The notes: generated from the letters alone by a model not told the origin. DNA of 64,000 nt from a virus (IMGVR_UViG_3300028832_000098:17241-81240); one strand, 5' to 3'; shown: positions 36,836 through 46,611, counted from the stretch's first letter. Made by a program: numbers and translations.

Positions 36836-37291
36836 CTATTTTAGGTCATACATATTTTCTGGGGCCTCGATAGCAAGACCCTTTCTTATAAGATTCCGGT
36901 AATCGATGTGATGACTGTTCAGCCAGTCGAAAAATTTGACGACATCTTTCAAGCTGACGCTCGTCATACCCTCGCCATACGTCCATCTCTCGAATTCATA
37001 TTTGTCGTTAATGCCGAAAGTAGCTCTGAGGCTTGCCTTTTCGTCTTTCGTTATTTTCGACATCGAGCGCAAATACGGCTTCACGTCGTCTATATTGCAA
37101 TAGAACGGACTTTCCTTGATTTGTATCCGGTAGCCGGCTGATATTAGCGTACATTCATAATGCACGCCTGATTTCCTGTCGCAATAATCAAGCTTAACGC
37201 CGTAAGGAACTCGACTTGCGAGGTCCATAGACAGAATGCCTGCATCCGGTAACCTATCCTGATTCTGCGTTATTTTAACATTTTCTTCCAT
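36836..37291 (-). CDS. paralog family A protein
   Basis: DLASRVPYGVK..KPYLRSMS..DWLNSHHIDYRNLI.KGLAIEAPENMY. Confidence 0.85.
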   Translation of the reverse strand: MEENVKITQNQDRLPDAGILSMDLASRVPYGVKLDYCDRKSGVHYECTLISAGYRIQIKESPFYCNIDDVKPYLRSMSKITKDEKASLRATFGINDKYEFERWTYGEGMTSVSLKDVVKFFDWLNSHHIDYRNLIRKGLAIEAPENMYDLK

Positions 37292-37378
37292 TTTGCTTGT
37301 TTTAAGATGTTATTTTTGTTTTTTCTTGTATTGTTGCTTAATTCTTAGTGAAAGTGTCCCAGAATCGATGTTTCACGC

Positions 37379-37615
37379 CTAATTTCTCGTTTTCCTCAAT
37401 TCCACGGCGTCATCAAACTCCTGCTTTCTTATATCAAGTATTATTTCTTCCCTCATCTCCTTGACGTCTTGCCGCGAACAGTCATAGCAATGAGCCTTGA
37501 TTTCCTTGTTAGTCGGAATGAGGTAATCGCTTCTGACGGTAAGTTTCTGGCAATATGACTGCATAGGCAGTATCAGGACAGAAATAATAACGGATATTTT
37601 TACGAATCTCTTCAT
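37379..37615 (-). CDS. small protein with signal-peptide-like N-terminus
   Basis: MKRFVKISVIISVLILPMQSYC. Confidence 0.6.
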   Translation of the reverse strand: MKRFVKISVIISVLILPMQSYCQKLTVRSDYLIPTNKEIKAHCYDCSRQDVKEMREEIILDIRKQEFDDAVELRKTRN

Positions 37616-37617
37616 AG

Positions 37618-37857
37618 TTATATCTTCTCGAATTCTTTTTCAAGAATCTTAATTTTCTTCAAGTTCTCGCTCTGAATGAAATTGACAATACTTTTGCATC
37701 GTTCGGAATCTCTGATTACGACATCGCTTTCATGTATTCCTGTAGTCAGAGTTATCGGAACTCTGTCCTTAAAATTCTCAAGCTTGCGATTTTCTGTCTT
37801 GAGCAGCTGTATCTTGTTATAAAGCGAATCAGCCGCCTTAAAGTCTTCCATTATCAT
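37618..37857 (-). CDS. hypothetical protein
   Basis: 79 aa ORF. Confidence 0.65.
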   Translation of the reverse strand: MIMEDFKAADSLYNKIQLLKTENRKLENFKDRVPITLTTGIHESDVVIRDSERCKSIVNFIQSENLKKIKILEKEFEKI

Positions 37858-37870
37858 ATCTCTTATATTT

Positions 37871-37889
37871 TTATATAAAAAACAACGTT
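37871..37889 (-). promoter_or_regulatory. putative middle promoter motif, copy 7
   Basis: ttatataaaaaacaacgtt on plus strand. Confidence 0.75.
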
Positions 37890-37916
37890 TGTGAAATCAT
37901 TCAGCCTAACCACTGA

Positions 37917-38843
37917 CTAAAAATTTTTTATGTTATTATTCTGTCTGTCAAGAAGGAATTCGTAGAGCTTCTTGAGCTTTTCATCATTCTCATCGCATTC
38001 AGCGGCTGAGCGACAGTCTGCCGTAAGATGTCCTATCATAGCGCTGCATTGAAATGTATTCAACAACGATACATCAAGTTCAGAATACTTGCCGTTAAGC
38101 AATTTTAACAGAAATGTCTGTTGTTTCTCGCTCGACTGTTTCAAAGGCGTGTCAAGCAATCCTCTCAAGATATTAGCCTTCCGATTTTTTGAATAGTTCA
38201 AAGAATACACCTTGCAGGACGTCAGATAGCTGCCGATATATTCTTCGGAAGGAAAGCCACGATATGCGACAACCTTGTCAATCGCATCCTGCCAGTTCTT
38301 CTCAATCTCTTTCGTCACTTTCTGCTTTCCGCCTATATTAGAGGTTTTGAACTTGTCAGGGGTAACGGTGCCTATTAGGAAACGTTGCTGTCCTGTACCT
38401 TTTTTGTACTCATCCAGATAAACATAGCAAGAGACAGATTTAACCTCAGCGCATTCCATCTCAAATGTATTCATATCCCGGTCTGAAACAACCGACCACA
38501 TAATCTTCTTCTTGTAATTCAGCGTTGCAACAAGATAGTTCTCACGAACTACAAAATGTTGGTACATCTTATATTTCTTGCCGTCGAGGTATTCGGTCTC
38601 GACAAGAACACCGATTTCACTTATGACGTAATTGCCGTCACAAAGGACGCCTTTAAGGTTTTCGCTTTTGATGAACTTGTTCACCTCATCATAAGACACT
38701 TCGGCAAACTTGCCGTCGCAAGTATCAAACTTTATAACTGCGTCCAGACACTTTGTCAGGCTCTTCGTATTTTTTCTAACTTCGAATTCTATAATTGTTT
38801 TGTTTTGAATTATTTCTGCTTTGTTAGTTGTTCCAGTGTGCAT
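37917..38843 (-). CDS. hypothetical protein
   Basis: 308 aa ORF. Confidence 0.75.
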   Translation of the reverse strand: MHTGTTNKAEIIQNKTIIEFEVRKNTKSLTKCLDAVIKFDTCDGKFAEVSYDEVNKFIKSENLKGVLCDGNYVISEIGVLVETEYLDGKKYKMYQHFVVRENYLVATLNYKKKIMWSVVSDRDMNTFEMECAEVKSVSCYVYLDEYKKGTGQQRFLIGTVTPDKFKTSNIGGKQKVTKEIEKNWQDAIDKVVAYRGFPSEEYIGSYLTSCKVYSLNYSKNRKANILRGLLDTPLKQSSEKQQTFLLKLLNGKYSELDVSLLNTFQCSAMIGHLTADCRSAAECDENDEKLKKLYEFLLDRQNNNIKNF

Positions 38844-39063
38844 ACATAGATTTCCGCAAGACTGAATATACGTTGCTTATCATCTTATCCTGAATTTTAC
38901 CGGTATCGTCGCCATAGCCGCATTCATGTCTAAGCCTTGATACCTTGTCCATAAGAAGAGACACATATTGGACAGCTGCGTCGTAATGTTCGTATGTCTT
39001 GCAGGATTCTATGACTCTGACTGCCTTGTCACAGTCTGCCTTTATAATATCGATTGCTTTCAT
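38824..39063 (-). CDS. hypothetical protein
   Basis: 79 aa ORF. Confidence 0.65.
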   Translation of the reverse strand: MKAIDIIKADCDKAVRVIESCKTYEHYDAAVQYVSLLMDKVSRLRHECGYGDDTGKIQDKMISNVYSVLRKSMYAHWNN

Positions 39064-39260
39064 AACTCTTGATTATTTAATGATACCTTCAATGCGCGAC
39101 GAACTTTCTTAGTGAAAGTTCTCTTGATTCTCTTGAATGAGTTCTTGTGGGTAGCGCTCTTCTGTGCTGAACATCCTTTCCAGGCGCGCAACTCATCAAA
39201 TTCAGTTGCGTCTGTGTATTCGTGATACAATCTCTTTCCTGATACTTTTATTATTTCCAT
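39060..39260 (-). CDS. small basic protein
   Basis: ATG at 39260 preferred, because the GTG at 39290 overlaps the promoter. Confidence 0.65.
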   Translation of the reverse strand: MEIIKVSGKRLYHEYTDATEFDELRAWKGCSAQKSATHKNSFKRIKRTFTKKVRRALKVSLNNQEL

Positions 39261-39289
39261 CTCTTTGTTTATTTTAAGTTTTGTTTCCA

Positions 39290-39369
39290 CAAATATAGTA
39301 TGAAAAATCTTATTTCTAACAAAAACTGTTAAAAATTTTTATAACATATATGTAACTAACTGATTTTCA
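39290..39369 (-). promoter_or_regulatory. composite host-sigma promoter, copy 1 (TATATTTG -7 box plus two palindromes)
   Basis: Plus strand: caaatata 39290-39297, ctaacaaaaactgttaa 39316-39332, tgattttca 39361-39369. Confidence 0.8.
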
Positions 39370-39399
39370 GTAAGAAAAATTTTCATTATAAATAAGAAA

Positions 39400-39425
39400 G
39401 CCTATCGCTTTTATAAACGATAGGT
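39400..39425 (-). terminator. intrinsic terminator
   Basis: CCTATCG/CGATAGG hairpin followed by TTTCTT on the minus strand. Confidence 0.7.
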
Positions 39426-39454
39426 CTAATTTCAAAAGAATTATTTGACAGACT

Positions 39455-39691
39455 TTATTCGATTTTGTGGAAATGGTCTTCACCGTAAATCAACGCGCAA
39501 CCTCCCCATGAGCCGTGAATCTGACCGATGCCGTCAATATATTCAACTTCTCCGGTCTTGCCACTGTATTGAGGCTCGCCAACCATAAAATCGATTTTAA
39601 TCTTATCTCCAGGCTTAAACAATGACTTCACCATTTCTACACTGTGCTGCGACTCGCCTATAACTTTACTAAACGTTTTCAATTTTCCCAT
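39455..39691 (-). CDS. DUF4314-like protein
   Basis: PGDKIKI..M..EP...G..G.V..ID..GQIH..W...ALI.GED.F. Confidence 0.75.
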   Translation of the reverse strand: MGKLKTFSKVIGESQHSVEMVKSLFKPGDKIKIDFMVGEPQYSGKTGEVEYIDGIGQIHGSWGGCALIYGEDHFHKIE

Positions 39692-39722
39692 AATGATATA
39701 GTTTATATATTCATTCTATTTA

Positions 39723-40202
39723 TCAATTTCGGGATTCTTCGTTTTCTTCGCAGGAATTATCTTGCCTATGTTCGACGGTTGCAAGCTTTCCCATCAAAAA
39801 AATATCTTCAGTTGTTGCAAGCTTTCTCATCAAAAAATTATAGAATATCACTCCAAGGTAGCCAGACAGATAGGCAGCTGTCTCCATGTCGTGTATGCTG
39901 CAGAATTCAAGTATCCTGTCTTCAAGATGGCGTTTCTCGTGCATATATATTTTTATCATATCCTTCTCGTTAGTCATATTATAGAAAACTATAAGAAACC
40001 TTTTCTCATTGAAATTCCAATAGAGTTCTCCACCGTCATGAAAACCTCTGGACAGCTTACCTTCAATATCCTTCAAATCTTCTTCAAGAAGACCTGCGAA
40101 TGCACATGACTCAACAATTTCTTTATAGTTATCATTTGTTTCTGATTGTATCAACCTTACATCGACATCAAAAAGAGGTATGCCAAAATTAAATATTTTC
40201 AT
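39723..40202 (-). CDS. hypothetical protein with HExxH motif
   Basis: MHEKRH. Confidence 0.65.
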   Translation of the reverse strand: MKIFNFGIPLFDVDVRLIQSETNDNYKEIVESCAFAGLLEEDLKDIEGKLSRGFHDGGELYWNFNEKRFLIVFYNMTNEKDMIKIYMHEKRHLEDRILEFCSIHDMETAAYLSGYLGVIFYNFLMRKLATTEDIFLMGKLATVEHRQDNSCEENEESRN

Positions 40203-40213
40203 AATTATATGAT

Positions 40214-40813
40214 TTATAGGTTATTAGCAATCTCATTAAGCCTTTCCTTGTAAGACTTGCCTTTTAAGTATTCATTTCTTTCAATAAGCTTCCAGCAGTC
40301 CCAATGTTTTATAGGCATATCAGAAGCCTCAGAATAAAAACATTTGGCATCATTATCCCATTCGGCGACAATGTAGAAACAGTTCTTCGGGAATTCTTCT
40401 GTCATCAGCAGGACATAGCAATCTGTATCAGGTTCTTCCTTCTTCCAACCATCAAGTTCTACTATAGGCCGGTTGTCTTTGAAATCTGCCTTCACCCTCC
40501 TCATCTTATCCTCCATCTCATTTATCAGCTTCTGATTCCAGATAAAGTTCTCCTTCACAAAATTAGTCGCGATTCGCATAAGCTGGCGTTCTTCTTCCCG
40601 GTATATCTCGTCACACGCCTTGTTTACAGCTTCTTCGATAGTGATGTTATTCTCACGGTTCTTATAGCTTTCAACCCATTTTGCAGCGATTATCGCTGCT
40701 GCCTTATTATCTTTCATAATTTGGGTAATAGGCATACAGGTAACATTATCCATATCAATATTGCCTTTATGGATAATGACATTCTTATACATTTCGGACA
40801 ATTTCTTTTTCAT
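40214..40813 (-). CDS. modular hypothetical protein
   Basis: 199 aa ORF. Confidence 0.7.
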   Translation of the reverse strand: MKKKLSEMYKNVIIHKGNIDMDNVTCMPITQIMKDNKAAAIIAAKWVESYKNRENNITIEEAVNKACDEIYREEERQLMRIATNFVKENFIWNQKLINEMEDKMRRVKADFKDNRPIVELDGWKKEEPDTDCYVLLMTEEFPKNCFYIVAEWDNDAKCFYSEASDMPIKHWDCWKLIERNEYLKGKSYKERLNEIANNL

Positions 40814-40823
40814 GTCTCAACTC

Positions 40824-41624
40824 TTATATGATTATCTTTTTCTGGAATTCAAACAACCTGCTTCCGAAATACACATACGGACAGTCATCATAATCTATCA
40901 CCCATCCATCTTCAGGCGCCGTATATACTGTATCAGTCCTTCCTGGAAACGATAATGTAAGAATCGTGTCTCCTTTCTTATAGAATCCTTGAATATCCTC
41001 GCTTATAAAAACTTTCTCACCATAATTATGGTATGTAAAGTCATTGCACTTGACATCAGCAAGCTGAGACGTAAAATCGATGAGGTTCTGCACCACATAA
41101 AAATCGATGTCGCTCTTACAGAAAGCTTCTATGAGTTTGTTCAGAAATCTGACGTTATTGTCATATACCTCCCTGCTTGTAATACCCATACCGTTAAGTT
41201 CCACTGTAAACGCAGCGGTATGTGCTCCTGACATTACATGCAGGCTTGTATTCCTGATAACAGCATTCTTTATCGTATCATTCGCGTCAACCAAGGCATA
41301 CGGTATGTCATTCTCATTACAGAACTTTATATAGTTGGCTGCGTACCTGTTGTTGTCTATGACTACGCAGTTAAGTAGATTCGGAGAACAATGCACGTCC
41401 ATGACGACATCGTAGTCGGAAACATTCTTCAAATCAATTTCAGATGCGTGGCGGTTCCAGTCGTAGCCGTTAACGCACCTCACATTCTTTTTACGCGCCT
41501 CCTCGCTTTCAGGCAGGACAAATAGTTTCCAAGGGTTTTCTTTAACGACATCATGACAAACCTTTATTGCATTCTGTTCGTCTCCGTGGACACCCGCTAT
41601 CAATAAAATATTCTTATTTTTCAT
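40824..41624 (-). CDS. M14-family zinc hydrolase (AstE/AspA-like)
   Basis: IAGVHGDE, D.NR, DVHC, later E. Confidence 0.8.
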   Translation of the reverse strand: MKNKNILLIAGVHGDEQNAIKVCHDVVKENPWKLFVLPESEEARKKNVRCVNGYDWNRHASEIDLKNVSDYDVVMDVHCSPNLLNCVVIDNNRYAANYIKFCNENDIPYALVDANDTIKNAVIRNTSLHVMSGAHTAAFTVELNGMGITSREVYDNNVRFLNKLIEAFCKSDIDFYVVQNLIDFTSQLADVKCNDFTYHNYGEKVFISEDIQGFYKKGDTILTLSFPGRTDTVYTAPEDGWVIDYDDCPYVYFGSRLFEFQKKIII

Positions 41625-41626
41625 AA

Positions 41627-41872
41627 CTATAAAACTTCTATGTCATAATAAATTTCTCTCAGCGCCTCACAGAATCCCTCATTATCATTTGATGAATCTG
41701 CCGCATCAAGGTGAGCCTTCAAAGTACTCATAACTTTTTCAAACGATTTGTCTTTCTGCTCAGCCATTGTCATAGCAGCATTATAAGCAGTCTTGTAATC
41801 ATTCCAATGTTTTTCAGCTATGTGTGTAGCTTCGTCGGAATTGTGTCTTTCAATAACATAGTTTTCTATCAT
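41627..41872 (-). CDS. small hypothetical protein
   Basis: 81 aa; AAMTMAEQKD is similar to the AMEMAKWKD motif. Confidence 0.65.
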   Translation of the reverse strand: MIENYVIERHNSDEATHIAEKHWNDYKTAYNAAMTMAEQKDKSFEKVMSTLKAHLDAADSSNDNEGFCEALREIYYDIEVL

Positions 41873-42243
41873 AACTCTAAAATTTTTCGGATGTTCGTAA
41901 TATCTTTTTGTTTATATCTTTCTTTCAGACCAGCTAAAAACTTTGAGCTTTCAGGAGATTCACTATTACATCTCCATATAATAATATCATTATCCATAAG
42001 CTCGATGTCGAGAAACTGCTGTATTCCATTCATATCCGTGAAATCTTTATAAGACGCCCTCAGAACATCACATGGCGGCTGTCTGACAATATCTTCATTT
42101 TTGCACAAATCCTTATATAATGAGTACTTGCAACGGAACTGCTTCTGAGTTACCGTAAATCCAGACTCATATAAATCTACGATTGCTACTAATCTATCTC
42201 CTAAAATCATTTTAACTATGTTTAAAGCAAATTTGTCAGGCAA
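41869..42243 (-). CDS. hypothetical protein
   Basis: 124 aa ORF. Confidence 0.6.
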   Translation of the reverse strand: MPDKFALNIVKMILGDRLVAIVDLYESGFTVTQKQFRCKYSLYKDLCKNEDIVRQPPCDVLRASYKDFTDMNGIQQFLDIELMDNDIIIWRCNSESPESSKFLAGLKERYKQKDITNIRKILEL

Positions 42244-42611
42244 TACCTTAAAGCGGCATCTGCAGCCATTTCATAATTTTTCTGAAATTTCTTATCTACA
42301 TCATTGCCTTTGACAACCTCCATCCCATTATCATTAGCGACAAGCCAAGTGTATTTGCCTGTACAGTAAGCATTTATTGTACTGTCATAATCATAGATTA
42401 GACAGATTTCCTTAGGCAAGATTGTAATGTACAGCTTATGTCTTTCCCTCAGCCATCTGATGGCTGTTGCAAGAGTAGGCGCATAAATTCCTTCTTCATA
42501 ATCGAACTTACTTGTCGGATAAAAGCATCGCGTACGGCATACCCAGTCAAAACCTTTGCCATTCAAAAGTTTCGCGGTTTTCTTTGATACATATTCTTCA
42601 GATTCGCTCAT
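42222..42611 (-). CDS. paralog family B protein
   Basis: YVS...AKLL..KGF..APT....RWLRE..YE.A..AAL.YCLTNLL. Confidence 0.85.
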   Translation of the reverse strand: MSESEEYVSKKTAKLLNGKGFDWVCRTRCFYPTSKFDYEEGIYAPTLATAIRWLRERHKLYITILPKEICLIYDYDSTINAYCTGKYTWLVANDNGMEVVKGNDVDKKFQKNYEMAADAALRYCLTNLL

Positions 42612-42613
42612 AA

Positions 42614-43012
42614 TTATACAAGATTTATTAACGTGTATTTCAATGCAGCTTCCACCGCCTCTTCGTAAGTCGTGAAATCCTTATCGCTCTCATGCAATAT
42701 CGAATGAGGCGACTTACGATGTATCGTGTAGCCATATCCGCAGAAACGAGTCACACTGCCCTCTATTTCTTTCGCTTGCCCGACGTCGCTTGCGTCCATC
42801 ATATCAGCTGTCATGTCATAGTTGACATTCACTTCTATAATGATTCCCTTGATGTCTCGAAGCCACTTCATAGCGAGGGCCTGAGTTATCTTTGGATAAA
42901 CCGCTCGATTCGTACTATACGGATTAAGAACGTATGTATCCGTATATTCCCAGCCGTACTGTTTGTCGTACAGGAATTTAGCTGTTGCTTCGTCTATATA
43001 TACGTCTGTCAT
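42614..43012 (-). CDS. paralog family B protein
   Basis: AMKWLRD..TYEEAVEAALKY. Confidence 0.85.
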   Translation of the reverse strand: MTDVYIDEATAKFLYDKQYGWEYTDTYVLNPYSTNRAVYPKITQALAMKWLRDIKGIIIEVNVNYDMTADMMDASDVGQAKEIEGSVTRFCGYGYTIHRKSPHSILHESDKDFTTYEEAVEAALKYTLINLV

Positions 43013-43018
43013 AACTAC

Positions 43019-43240
43019 TTATTTATCAACATTATATGAGCACCACGTCGTATAACCGCATTTATTGCATGTATATCCTCTGCTGCCGTCAGAAGCAATA
43101 TCGAACTGCCGAAGCTTCTCGCCGCATTTTGGACAGATGCCGTTATTATAGTTCTTCTTTTCAGAATGCCTTGTAAGAATGCAGCCGAGCATAAAGAATG
43201 ATACGACTGCTAAAATCAATAAAATAAATCCTATGCACAT
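43019..43240 (-). CDS. membrane-anchored Zn-ribbon protein
   Basis: N-terminal transmembrane stretch, CPKC...CNKC. Confidence 0.7.
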   Translation of the reverse strand: MCIGFILLILAVVSFFMLGCILTRHSEKKNYNNGICPKCGEKLRQFDIASDGSRGYTCNKCGYTTWCSYNVDK

Positions 43241-43244
43241 AATC

Positions 43245-43568
43245 TTATAACCTTAAAATTTTACTTTCAAAACAATTATCTACAGGGAAATCATGAATAT
43301 CGGTACAAAGCTCACAAAATTTGTCAGAGTATGTGTTATAAGCCCAATCACCTGTAGCGACATACACAACAGCAGGTATGACAAACATCGATATAATCAT
43401 GCCTATGATAAAGAATGGCAGAAATATAGCAAACCATATAACGTAGTATGCTATACAGAATATCAGGTACAGTAAAGCCATTAAAAGTTTTGCGATACGT
43501 ACTGAATAGACAGCAATCCTTAATTGCTTCATCTTGCTTGTAATTGTCGATAATCTTAAGTTTGTCAT
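43245..43568 (-). CDS. membrane protein
   Basis: Long hydrophobic segment. Confidence 0.65.
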   Translation of the reverse strand: MTNLRLSTITSKMKQLRIAVYSVRIAKLLMALLYLIFCIAYYVIWFAIFLPFFIIGMIISMFVIPAVVYVATGDWAYNTYSDKFCELCTDIHDFPVDNCFESKILRL

Positions 43569-43574
43569 AATCGT

Positions 43575-43964
43575 TTATATTATATTTGTTAATGCGTATT
43601 TCAATGCAGCCTCGACTGCCTCTTCATAAGTTTTGTAGTCATAATCTACATTTGCCCCACTTTTATGATTTAACGAAGAATCAGCAAGGCATATAGTGTA
43701 CTTATATTGATAGCAAATGTAACTATACTCAATAGAGATAAAGACATTCTTAACCTCTCTCAGCCACTTCATTGCCATCTGTGGAGTCGGTGCAGATACT
43801 AAATCAGTCCATTTGTTATGGTTTGATGTCCCGAAATTAGTATAGTACTTATTGATTTCGCAGGATTTAGGCCTGTCCAAATCATATATTACGGAGCACA
43901 TCCAATCGAATCCCTTTTCTTTAAGGAGCTTCGCGATTTCAAAACTAACATAATCTTCTCTCAT
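43575..43964 (-). CDS. paralog family B protein
   Basis: MREDYVSFEIAKLLKEKGF..SAPTPQMAMKWLRE..TYEEAVEAALKY. Confidence 0.85.
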   Translation of the reverse strand: MREDYVSFEIAKLLKEKGFDWMCSVIYDLDRPKSCEINKYYTNFGTSNHNKWTDLVSAPTPQMAMKWLREVKNVFISIEYSYICYQYKYTICLADSSLNHKSGANVDYDYKTYEEAVEAALKYALTNII

Positions 43965-44077
43965 AGCCAATCATAAAATTTAATCAATAAACGTCCAATG
44001 TAAAATATTGCAACAGCAACTAATGTCATCGGGAAAAATATACCTATTAAATATCCGATTATAATTAGAGCTATCAT
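43961..44077 (-). CDS. 38-aa hydrophobic peptide (not in ORF track)
   Basis: MIALIIIGYLIGIFFPMTLVAVAIF...; ATGA overlap with the next gene. Confidence 0.5.
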   Translation of the reverse strand: MIALIIIGYLIGIFFPMTLVAVAIFYIGRLLIKFYDWL

Positions 44078-44079
44078 AT

Positions 44080-44451
44080 CTATTTCTCCTCCCATTCTAT
44101 TTTAGACGTAGAAACATATCCTCGTCCGGCGATACCTGCCTCTATAGCTTGTTCTTTAGTATCATATATGGTATTACCGGCATAAATTCCTTTCTCAGAC
44201 CTGTAAATGTTTATCCATTTTTCATGCTTTACTGGAGCCATCATGAGGTCTGCCTTATTGTCACCACTTGAACTTGAATATTCACCTTTTATAGTGTAGT
44301 GAACCGGATATTCATAATCGTTCTCATCTATTAACGCTATAATAGGATATTTTTTGTCTTTACAGTCATAACATATTATTCTGGCCTTATGTCCATCTCT
44401 TGTGCAGATTGGACAACCTTTCTTAGCATCCTCTAAATTAAACGGTTTCAT
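44080..44451 (-). CDS. phage hypothetical protein (MKPFNLE..TRDG..ARI type)
   Basis: 123 aa ORF with a recognisable phage N-terminal motif. Confidence 0.75.
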   Translation of the reverse strand: MKPFNLEDAKKGCPICTRDGHKARIICYDCKDKKYPIIALIDENDYEYPVHYTIKGEYSSSSGDNKADLMMAPVKHEKWINIYRSEKGIYAGNTIYDTKEQAIEAGIAGRGYVSTSKIEWEEK

Positions 44452-44863
44452 TTTCTTTATTTTTAGTCGATAACTGTTGTAACAATGCGTCAGCGCAAGC
44501 TACCGCGAATTTTGCGACTCCAACAGGAATCGAATGTATTTCACCTTCTTCATAAGCTTCTACTATTGTATGACGGAACTGGTCGTAATTGGCAAGAATG
44601 CCGTTCATTGCGGATATTGCAACCTGTGTTCTCTTATCAAGAGCATAATCAGACATAAACCCTTTGAACTTGTTCGCGTCCATTGTCATAACCTCTGGCT
44701 CATTGTTATCATTGATAACCTGCCACTTATCGACAGGCGTCATATCAAATTTAAGCAGACCAGTACTGTCAATATATGATACAGTCCCATACTCTCTTGA
44801 ATAACCGAAGTTATCGACAATCTCTCCTGTTTGTAAATTCTTTGCTTTCATATCATAAACCAT
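44438..44863 (-). CDS. phage hypothetical protein (AISAMNGIL..AV..ADALL type)
   Basis: 141 aa ORF. Confidence 0.75.
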   Translation of the reverse strand: MVYDMKAKNLQTGEIVDNFGYSREYGTVSYIDSTGLLKFDMTPVDKWQVINDNNEPEVMTMDANKFKGFMSDYALDKRTQVAISAMNGILANYDQFRHTIVEAYEEGEIHSIPVGVAKFAVACADALLQQLSTKNKENETV

Positions 44864-45225
44864 TCAAATCCCTTTATAAAATCACCAAGGCTTGGAGTAA
44901 TTATATATTCAGTACCATCCTTTCGTTCTATGATTCTGTAATAGCTGCCTCTGATTTCCTCAATTTTCTGCGACGCATCCGGGAACTTCTCACATGCCTC
45001 CACTATCCATGGATGGGAACGATACTTATATTCGTGCCAAACAGAACTGCGCAAATTGTAATTATCCAATTGTACAAAGGCCAAATTTTTATCTCCAAAA
45101 CTGGAAATAATATCACTAATGAGAGGAGATATGACTGATTGTATTATCGCCTTATTGAATAACCATTCAGCCTGCTCCTTGGTATACTGAAATACTCCTA
45201 CCTTATTGTTTATTACAACTTTCAT
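44848..45225 (-). CDS. hypothetical protein
   Basis: 125 aa ORF. Confidence 0.65.
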   Translation of the reverse strand: MKVVINNKVGVFQYTKEQAEWLFNKAIIQSVISPLISDIISSFGDKNLAFVQLDNYNLRSSVWHEYKYRSHPWIVEACEKFPDASQKIEEIRGSYYRIIERKDGTEYIITPSLGDFIKGFEWFMI

Positions 45226-45234
45226 AAAACCATT

Positions 45235-45253
45235 TTATATAAAAAACAACATT
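45235..45253 (-). promoter_or_regulatory. putative middle promoter motif, copy 8
   Basis: ttatataaaaaacaacatt on plus strand. Confidence 0.75.
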
Positions 45254-45479
45254 TAACATTAAACCTTGCTCATTCTTCTGCTTTCAACCTTGAATGCCTT
45301 CATGACGAATTCCAGCAATATAGGCATAGTCCTATTTCATTACCATTCTTGTATCAACAAACAGATTTTTACTGTGAAGATATTCGCAGAATGGAATGGC
45401 CTGATTCCAGCTATAGAATTCTTTTGACCTCAGAACAGACTGATATTCATCATGATATATTACTACTATAACCATAGGC

Positions 45480-45887
45480 CTATAAAAGTTTCGTTAAGCA
45501 ATACTTAATGGCATCCATAGCAGCATCTTCATAGGTATTGTATAACGTATTTAATACAAGACGCTTTACCTCTTCAAATTCTTTTTGTTTTATGAATTTT
45601 ATTGCAATACCATATTGGTATTTTTCGTTTTCATCTTCCTGATTAACGTTACTATAGAGTTCATAGTCTATTTCAATGAATAATTTATGTACTTCTCTCA
45701 GCCACTTCATTGCCACTTGAAGTGTTGGTGCTGAGCATAATTCATCTATACCGTCAAGGTCTTTTTCAAAAGAATCAGCATAGTAATATAAATTCCCTTT
45801 CGTCGAATACCAATCTAAGCATTTCCAATCAAATCTATTTTCTTTTAGCAGCTTCGCAATTTTGAAGCTTACGTAATCTTCTTTCAT
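45480..45887 (-). CDS. paralog family B protein
   Basis: EDYVSFKIAKLLKE..SAPTLQVAMKWLRE..YCLTKLL. Confidence 0.85.
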   Translation of the reverse strand: MKEDYVSFKIAKLLKENRFDWKCLDWYSTKGNLYYYADSFEKDLDGIDELCSAPTLQVAMKWLREVHKLFIEIDYELYSNVNQEDENEKYQYGIAIKFIKQKEFEEVKRLVLNTLYNTYEDAAMDAIKYCLTKLL

Positions 45888-45922
45888 ATCTTATTCCTCA
45901 TTTTTTTTATTCTCAATTGCAC

Positions 45923-46201
45923 TCACTTATAATGTTCTTCCCAGAAGTAGTCGATGAACTCCTTCGGCACATGATAGAACTCTCCGAACTTGTCTAAGCA
46001 CCACTTCATTGCAACTTGAATCTCAGGCGCTGAGAACAGCTCCGTTCCGCCTCCGTTGTAGTCGTCCGTCTTGATTTCCTCGCAGTTGAGGTAGTGGCTT
46101 TCCGCGTCACCTATCCATAATGCGGACACTGGCTCACTGAATCCATTCACCTTCAGCCACACAGCCGTCTCGTATCCAACATATTTTCTTTCGTCTCCCA
46201 T
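45923..46201 (-). CDS. paralog family B protein, short and visibly GC-richer
   Basis: YVGYETAVWLK..GF..SAPEIQVAMKW. Confidence 0.75.
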   Translation of the reverse strand: MGDERKYVGYETAVWLKVNGFSEPVSALWIGDAESHYLNCEEIKTDDYNGGGTELFSAPEIQVAMKWCLDKFGEFYHVPKEFIDYFWEEHYK

Positions 46202-46203
46202 AA

Positions 46204-46611
46204 TTATAAAAGTTTGGTTAAGCAAATTTTGATGGCTTCCATAGCAGCCTCCTTATAAGTTTCATAAAAGACAGCTTCTACAAAATCAGAAAGCATGCTC
46301 TCATAGTCAGAATCTGTTTTTTGTAAGACGACATAATAACCTGAGCTTCCTTCGCAAGCAAAAGAATCAAGCATTATCTGTATGTAGATATGCTTTTCTT
46401 CCCTCAACCACTTCATTGCCATTTGAAGCGTCGGACATTTTATTCTGTCATGCGAATTCTTGACGGGTGTGCCTTTATATTCAAAAGGCCATCCTCGATA
46501 CAAAGTCACACCTGACTCGAAATATTCGTAGCAAGCATAGCAAGTTCCGTCAAATCCTTTTTCTTTAAGCAGGTTAGCGACCTCAAATGATACATAATCT
46601 TCTTCAACCAT
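46204..46611 (-). CDS. paralog family B protein
   Basis: EDYVSFEVANLLKEKGF..CPTLQMAMKWLRE..CLTKLL. Confidence 0.85.
   Translation of the reverse strand: MVEEDYVSFEVANLLKEKGFDGTCYACYEYFESGVTLYRGWPFEYKGTPVKNSHDRIKCPTLQMAMKWLREEKHIYIQIMLDSFACEGSSGYYVVLQKTDSDYESMLSDFVEAVFYETYKEAAMEAIKICLTKLL

Noticed and set aside
16436-39290. Upstream-extended starts in the ORF track (16475, 18091, 18819, 39290; also 14686, 43970, 46225)
   Set aside because: They overlap promoter motifs or neighbouring genes; downstream ATGs fit family alignments and spacing better
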